Of a DNA stretch of 64,000 nt, positions 58,658 through 64,000 are shown piece after piece. The position numbers and the translations under genes were made by a program. Below the pieces are notes generated by a model. It did not search any database, was not told the origin of the DNA, and saw only the letters and a program-made list of their open reading frames with translations. This DNA is from Syntrophales bacterium (GTDB taxonomy: Bacteria > Desulfobacterota > Syntrophia > Syntrophales > UBA2210): NCBI GenBank assembly GCA_963666365.2, contig CAXXNF010000001.1, positions 768,001-832,000 on the forward strand. The letters run 5' to 3'. Positions within the stretch are counted from its first letter, which is position 1. Every line of letters starts with the position of its first letter.

Positions 58658-59158
58658 TTACGGCGATGGTGCCCCTTTGGGCACAATGACGATAGAACCG
58701 GTGCGCTGTGACGCATCGATATTCTTCAATTTTTCACTCATCATCTGCAGTTCCGCGATATTCAGAGACGTTTCCTGTTTTTTCTCAAGATCCTTCCGTG
58801 CCGTAAAGGTGAAGGTGAAAAGAGGAATCTTATCACCCGATATTCCCTGTGCGCTTGCCATGACCAGAATCAGACGGCCCGGTTTTTTGTCATTGACCAC
58901 ATGCATCATGGCGCCGGTATGATTCGTTTTGGCGCCTCCTGCGTAGATGAGAAGGTGGTGGTTGTAATCGATGACGATTTTAATCCCCGCCAGTTCCTTC
59001 ACCGTGTCGACGGTCAGTGTTGCCGCAAAGGACTCCCCCGGTGCAACGGCGCCCCCGTCGATGGAAACTTCCACGGCTTCCGCCGGGGAAACGCAGAAAA
59101 GACACATCGCCGTCAGGATGAGGGCCAAAATTCCGCTGCTGCTCCAATGTCGCTTCAT
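58658..59158 (-). CDS. Stand-alone secreted cohesin-domain protein
   Basis: Signal peptide (SPAEA|V); VAPGESFAATLTVD...LAGIKIVIDYNHHLL...NDKKPGRLILVMAS..GISG..PLFTFTF...GSIVI fits the cohesin beta-sandwich pattern. Confidence 0.78.
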   Translation of the reverse strand: MKRHWSSSGILALILTAMCLFCVSPAEAVEVSIDGGAVAPGESFAATLTVDTVKELAGIKIVIDYNHHLLIYAGGAKTNHTGAMMHVVNDKKPGRLILVMASAQGISGDKIPLFTFTFTARKDLEKKQETSLNIAELQMMSEKLKNIDASQRTGSIVIVPKGAPSP

Positions 59159-59454
59159 ATACGTTGCCTTATGAGGAGTATGAATCACCTTATAACGATA
59201 AATATCACCGAGGTCAAGAGGATATAATGGATGTGAATTGAGAACACCGGTGTGATAGGATGGACACACCGGATATGGAGCGCCGTCTTTCAGATCTTCA
59301 TCGATGCTCGTGAATGATTCTTGCGAGAGTTCGCCCTTCGTGTTAGTAAATCGAAACGGATTGGATGTTGCTGGAACCGTACTATGTTCGATTATTATAA
59401 CCGTTCACTGCCTGTATTCCAGGATATGAACCGACGCGCTTCTTTTGGTATCCC

Positions 59455-59853
59455 GTGATGCACATATTTCGAGAACAGGATAGACACTGCACGCATTTCC
59501 CCGGCTTCACCCTTCTCGAGGTCATGATTGCCCTGGCGGTGCTCTCGATCGGTCTTGTGGCCGTGTTTCAATCTCAGTCACAGAGTATTTCCATGATTAC
59601 GCGATCCCGTTTCGAAACGACGGCCGCTCTTCTGGCGCAGTGGAAGATGGCGGAATTCGAGGCGGCCAAGGCCGGCGACCTGTCATCACGGAACGGCGAT
59701 TTCGGCGACGACTATCGGGATTACACCTGGGAGGTGCAGATGGAGGAAACCGAACTCCCCTATGTGATGAAAATAGAACTGACCGTGCGTAACGAGAAAA
59801 TGAAACGGAACAATGCCTACCGGCTGGAGCTTTACCGGTCCGTGACTTCGTAA
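59455..59853 (+). CDS. gspI: T2SS minor pseudopilin I
   Basis: G|FTLLEVMIALAVL, ALLAQWKMAE, GDFGDDYRDYTW. Confidence 0.88.
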   Translation: MMHIFREQDRHCTHFPGFTLLEVMIALAVLSIGLVAVFQSQSQSISMITRSRFETTAALLAQWKMAEFEAAKAGDLSSRNGDFGDDYRDYTWEVQMEETELPYVMKIELTVRNEKMKRNNAYRLELYRSVTS

Positions 59854-60240
59854 GAAGGAAGAAGAAACGAGCTCTTGCGCAGAGGAACAGATTAAATGAA
59901 TTAAAGTTTTTCTCGGCGGGCTCGGCGCATCTACGGGAGAACAAAATTAAAAAAGAAAAAACCGTTTCGCGCAGAGGCGCAGGGACGCAGAGGAACTGAG
60001 TTGAGACAATCGAGAAAAGTAAAATTCAAATTCCCTGTCGAGAGGGGACAGGTAATTGCAGGGATGACGGCATCACCCATCACCCCCACCCTGACCCTCC
60101 CCCATCAAGGGGGAGGGAACATGGCGTGCAGATTATCCCCATCGAGGGGGAGGGAACAGAATTGATGGATTAAAGCTGTTTTCGGCAGACTCGGCGACTC
60201 TGCGGAAGCATACTATTAAAAAGGAGGCCCATGTAAGGCA

Positions 60241-60933
60241 ATGAGGCAGTGCAGTCGTTCCCCGCGGGGGTTTACCATGCTTGAAATCATGATCGCCGTG
60301 CTCATCCTGGGGATTGTGCTTACCACCGTGTACGGCGCCTATACGGGGACGCTTCGCATTGTTGCCGACACCGAATACGCCGATGAAGTATACGGGATGG
60401 CCCGGTGCGCCGTCGAACAGATTACCCGGGATCTGGAATCCGTCTGCCGTTTCAACGGGGTGTTTACCTTCGTTTCCAAAGAGCAGGAACCGGGGAGCGA
60501 TTCCTTTGTGGCGCTGCGTTTTGTGTCGTCCCGTCATATCGGCTTTGGTGAAAACGACGGAGGAATCACCGAGATAACCTACTACGCGGCAAGAGAGGAT
60601 GACGGGGCAGACGAACGGTACAGGGTGATGAGAAGGGACATGCTGCTTCAAAAGAAGGACAGGGAAGAGGATGATGCCTTTGTCACTGAGGGAGGCTACG
60701 CCCTCTGTGAAAAGGTACAGGCCTTTTCCTGGACCTTTTTTAACAGCAACGGCGAGGAGTATGATCACTGGGATTCCGAGTCCGGTTTGTCGGAACAGAA
60801 GGGGCTGATCCCGGCGCTTGCCCGGGTGAGAATCGATTTTGCAAATCCCGCAGATGATGAAAACCCCTATCGATTTGTAACGACAGTGTATATTCCGGCG
60901 GTCGAATCGGGAAAATTATCGAAGGGGCAGTGA
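60241..60933 (+). CDS. gspJ: T2SS minor pseudopilin J
   Basis: RG|FTMLEIMIAVLIL, QITRDL, WDS, PALARVRI; follows gspI. Confidence 0.82.
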   Translation: MRQCSRSPRGFTMLEIMIAVLILGIVLTTVYGAYTGTLRIVADTEYADEVYGMARCAVEQITRDLESVCRFNGVFTFVSKEQEPGSDSFVALRFVSSRHIGFGENDGGITEITYYAAREDDGADERYRVMRRDMLLQKKDREEDDAFVTEGGYALCEKVQAFSWTFFNSNGEEYDHWDSESGLSEQKGLIPALARVRIDFANPADDENPYRFVTTVYIPAVESGKLSKGQ

Positions 60934-60956
60934 CGCATTCAGGTCCGGTCCCGGAC

Positions 60957-62384
60957 TTATTCCTCCGCGTCAAAGACTACCTTGTACACGTTATAATATT
61001 TATTGATGTTGCTGACGTATCGCACGGTCTCCCGGCCGACCAAACGGAGTGCCGCGATTTCCACGTTGCGGAACCATCGATCCGGGTCCAAACCCATTTT
61101 TTCGGCAAGCTCGCGCGCCTTTTGTATTCGTGCGGGGCCAGCGTTATATGCGGCAAGGGCGAAACGTATCCGATCGCGCACGTGTATCGCTGCGTCGTGA
61201 AAGTATTGATCCTGCAGCATGCGCAGATATTTCACGCCTGCATGGATGTTGTTTGCCAGATTCGAGACGTTGTTAATGTTAATGCGGTGATCTGCCGCGG
61301 TGGCGGGCAGTACCTGCAGCAGGCCCACAGCGCCTGCCTGACTTGTTTTTGTATTATCCAGCCCGGATTCCTGGAAGGCCATGGCCATGATCAATTTCCA
61401 GTCATAACGATATTCCTCGGCATATTTTTTGATCAGGCCTTTGTACTTTTGTATCTGTTCGAGATCCTCCGGGTCCGCCGGGTTTTTGAGCCACTGGTTC
61501 TCTTCGAAATACCGCGTAAAATAAATATTTCCCAGCAACGTTCCCTTTTTATGCGTTTTCAGAAATTCGTTCAAGCTGTCCCTCAGCCGGGGATTCTCCT
61601 TGCGGACCATCCAGGCGATCCGGGAGCCGGTGCGAAGTGTGATATTTTTGTGGACATCTATGTCCGTAAGCACCTCGGACCATATGCCGGCAATGTGACT
61701 GTCGGCCACGGTCGTTTCAATCGCTCCAGAATTGACCATTTCCAGAATGCTTTCCGTTTCAAGATTTTCATCTGCGGGAATGATCTTCACCTTATCCTTT
61801 TTCTCATTGCGCAATTTTTTATTGAGTGCCATAAGGCTTTGATAATAGCTGCTGCTCTTTCTCACAAAGACCTTTTTCCCTGACAGATCGAAGCTGGTTG
61901 CCGGAGTAAACCCCCTTTTATGGGTAACCACCACTTCATCGATTCCCTCTACATAGGGCATTGTAAAGTCAATCCGTTTTTCCCGCTCCGGCGTTATCGT
62001 CAGCCCCGCTGCGGCGATGTCGCCGTAGCCGTCCACCAGAAGAGGGATCAGTCGGTCCCTGGAAACGGGAATAAATTCCAGGATCACCGGTATCTTCATG
62101 CCGGGGGTCGTTTCATTGAGATACTGTTCATATCCCTTGAGCAGGGAGTATTCGAAACCGAACATTTCCCCCCGGGAAATAAAGAAATTTGTCCGATTCA
62201 GCGTAGTCAGCACGCGGATATAACGCCTCTTCAGCAGGCCTTCCAGATCATCGGAATATGCTTCGGAAAGGTGGGCGTCAAGGGGCAGGTCTTTCGTCAC
62301 ATCGTCGGCCCAGGCGACGGAGAAGCACAACAACAGGAACACACTGCATGCGGCAATCGTCACATTCGGGTGCTTTAGCGGCAT
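60957..62384 (-). CDS. mltF: MltF-like membrane-bound lytic transglycosylase (SBP plus SLT domain)
   Basis: GDIAAAGLTITPER, AFQESGL, GAVGLLQV, ALAAYNAGP, GRETVRYV. Confidence 0.88.
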   Translation of the reverse strand: MPLKHPNVTIAACSVFLLLCFSVAWADDVTKDLPLDAHLSEAYSDDLEGLLKRRYIRVLTTLNRTNFFISRGEMFGFEYSLLKGYEQYLNETTPGMKIPVILEFIPVSRDRLIPLLVDGYGDIAAAGLTITPEREKRIDFTMPYVEGIDEVVVTHKRGFTPATSFDLSGKKVFVRKSSSYYQSLMALNKKLRNEKKDKVKIIPADENLETESILEMVNSGAIETTVADSHIAGIWSEVLTDIDVHKNITLRTGSRIAWMVRKENPRLRDSLNEFLKTHKKGTLLGNIYFTRYFEENQWLKNPADPEDLEQIQKYKGLIKKYAEEYRYDWKLIMAMAFQESGLDNTKTSQAGAVGLLQVLPATAADHRININNVSNLANNIHAGVKYLRMLQDQYFHDAAIHVRDRIRFALAAYNAGPARIQKARELAEKMGLDPDRWFRNVEIAALRLVGRETVRYVSNINKYYNVYKVVFDAEE

Positions 62385-62399
62385 GGAACCTCCATGGCA

Positions 62400-62936
62400 T
62401 CAATGCGCCGAGGGGGAAAGCACGCCCGGATAATGTCGCCTGAGATAGTCCCCGAGGGCATCCCGCGTGCTGGTAAAGGCAATCTTGTCCCAGGGAATCT
62501 CCCGGGGGCTGTAGAGCTTGACTTCCAGCGTTTCATCGGCCGCCTGGAGCTTCCCGCCCGTCGCCGCGGCCTCATAGACCACGACAATCACGGAACTCTC
62601 TTTGTAGGAATAGACCCCCACCAGAGCGCCGATTTCCACCTCGAGCGAGACTTCCTCCCTCGACTCCCGTGCCGCCGCCTCGGGTACGGTTTCTCCCAGA
62701 TCGACAAATCCTCCGGGAAGGACCCATGAACCAACAGCCGGGGGGATGCCCCGCTTGAGCAGCACAATTCCGCCGTCGATCTCAATGAGGGTACAGGCGG
62801 CAATCTTCGGATCTAGGTAGAAGACAAAGTCGCAGTGTGTGCAGACCAACCGCTTTCTCTCTCCCACTTTCACCTGCTTTTGCGCAAGCTCACCCCCGCA
62901 GAGCGGGCAGTGACGGTAGTTGCTATTTCTTTGCAT
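62400..62936 (-). CDS. NUDIX hydrolase with N-terminal zinc ribbon
   Basis: CPLCG...CTHC, WVLPGGFVDLGETVPEAAARESREE. Confidence 0.9.
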   Translation of the reverse strand: MQRNSNYRHCPLCGGELAQKQVKVGERKRLVCTHCDFVFYLDPKIAACTLIEIDGGIVLLKRGIPPAVGSWVLPGGFVDLGETVPEAAARESREEVSLEVEIGALVGVYSYKESSVIVVVYEAAATGGKLQAADETLEVKLYSPREIPWDKIAFTSTRDALGDYLRRHYPGVLSPSAH

Positions 62937-63480
62937 CGCTTTGATATTCCATAAAATAACGCCAGAATGCGGCAATGATGAGCGAATGACTGATTGTCCC
63001 TTCGCCGATCAGCCTCGGGATCTCTGAAAGGGGATATTGCACTATCTGAATATCTTCCTTATCGTCCAGTTCCTGCCCCCCCTGGAGCACCGCATTGCGC
63101 GCGAGAAAGGTATAGCACCGGTTGTCCTGAATGGCGGGATTGGGATAGACAAAGCCCAGGGGAATCATTTCGTCCGCCGCGTATCCCGTTTCTTCGGCCA
63201 GTTCACGACGGGCCGCGTCGCAGGGGGTATCATCCGGTTCAACGACGCCTCCGGGGATTTCAAGGGTTACCTCTCGGATCCCGTGTCGCCACTGACGGAT
63301 CATCACCACATCCCCCTGTGCCGTCAGCGGAATGACATTGACCCAGGTCGGTGATTCAAGAATAAAAAAATCATGGGCTTCCCCCGTCCGGGGTGAAAGG
63401 GCGCGATCGGTGCGAAGCCTGAATATTGGAAGCAATTCTTCGTAAACGCTCTTGATAAGGGGCCATGGTTTCGGTGACAT
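62923..63480 (-). CDS. NUDIX hydrolase, ADP-ribose pyrophosphatase-like
   Basis: QWRHG..LEIPGGVVE...AARRELAEETGY. Confidence 0.9.
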   Translation of the reverse strand: MSPKPWPLIKSVYEELLPIFRLRTDRALSPRTGEAHDFFILESPTWVNVIPLTAQGDVVMIRQWRHGIREVTLEIPGGVVEPDDTPCDAARRELAEETGYAADEMIPLGFVYPNPAIQDNRCYTFLARNAVLQGGQELDDKEDIQIVQYPLSEIPRLIGEGTISHSLIIAAFWRYFMEYQSDAKK

Positions 63481-63728
63481 GCATTCACTTTTATAGAAAA
63501 ACAGCACAGCGGTCAAGAGCAAAGAGGGTGCTGAAAGAGCCTCGTCTGCGGCGCGACCCCCTCAACTGCAGTTGTCCTATCATCTATTTGACTGAAGGGG
63601 ATAAAAAGATTAAAGAAGAACAGACTTTCGTGAAGAGACGCAAAGGTTATGAGAAAAATAGAATGGGACTCTCAGCGTCGCTGCGTCTCTGGGGGAAAAA
63701 GAAATATTGAAGCGTCGGATGAGATTGT

Positions 63729-64000
63729 ATGAAGATTGAGCCCCTTTCAAAAAACCGGGAAAAGCTGATTCGCGCACTACACGCGAAAAAATATCGCCGC
63801 GAACAGAAGCTGTTTCTGGCTGAAGGCACCAACGCCCTTTCCGAAGCCCGCAGGGGAGCGCTCTATCCACTCAGGGAGATTGTTGTTTGTGAGAACATCC
63901 TCGACAGAGTTGAAAACATGTTGAGCAATCGGGCGACGCTGCCGGCGGACGTGACCGTGTTTTCCTGCTCCGCCCCTACAATGAAAAAGCTTTCGACGGA
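63729..64000 (+). CDS. TrmH/SpoU-family RNA methyltransferase, 5' part (truncated by window end)
   Basis: My translation MKIEPLSKNREKLIRALHAKKYRREQKLFLAEG resembles the TrmH-family N-terminus; open to the window end. Confidence 0.65.
   Translation, partial: MKIEPLSKNREKLIRALHAKKYRREQKLFLAEGTNALSEARRGALYPLREIVVCENILDRVENMLSNRATLPADVTVFSCSAPTMKKLST

Noticed and set aside
2799..59158. True cellulosome
   Set aside because: No recognisable glycoside hydrolase and no multi-cohesin scaffoldin; only one cohesin-like domain per protein
59232..59266. Additional CRP boxes in the cohesin/gspI divergent region
   Set aside because: TGTGA half-sites are present, but the second halves (AACAC, GGACA) match poorly

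Overview
64 kb of a GC-rich Gram-negative anaerobe; gene content suggests Desulfobacterota (former deltaproteobacteria), which is an inference. A type II secretion system (T2SS) is split into four blocks: gspN-C-exeA, gspK-L-M, gspF-G-H and gspI-J. gspD, gspE and the prepilin peptidase are not in the window. Interleaved with these blocks is a set of signal-peptide proteins. Six carry a dockerin-like motif: a C10 cysteine peptidase, an S8 subtilase, an SBBP beta-propeller protein, two giant repeat proteins and a small leader ORF. Two carry cohesin-like domains, and one 1519-aa Ig-repeat protein ends in a Cys (CFI-type) C-terminal membrane anchor. A Crp-family regulator sits directly behind the stand-alone cohesin gene, and TGTGA-N6-TCACA-type boxes lie at class-I activation distances upstream of three dockerin genes. 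The best candidate new system is a CRP-controlled, T2SS-exported, cellulosome-like cohesin-dockerin surface complex carrying proteases and adhesins rather than glycoside hydrolases. Also present: a RAYT tyrosine transposase with cognate GGGACACTTCCC hairpin repeats overlapping four stop codons, several other palindromic repeat families (one copy in frame inside a gene), a periplasmic binding protein fused to a catalytically dead cytidine deaminase, and housekeeping or metabolic genes. All domain calls are by eye; no searches were run.
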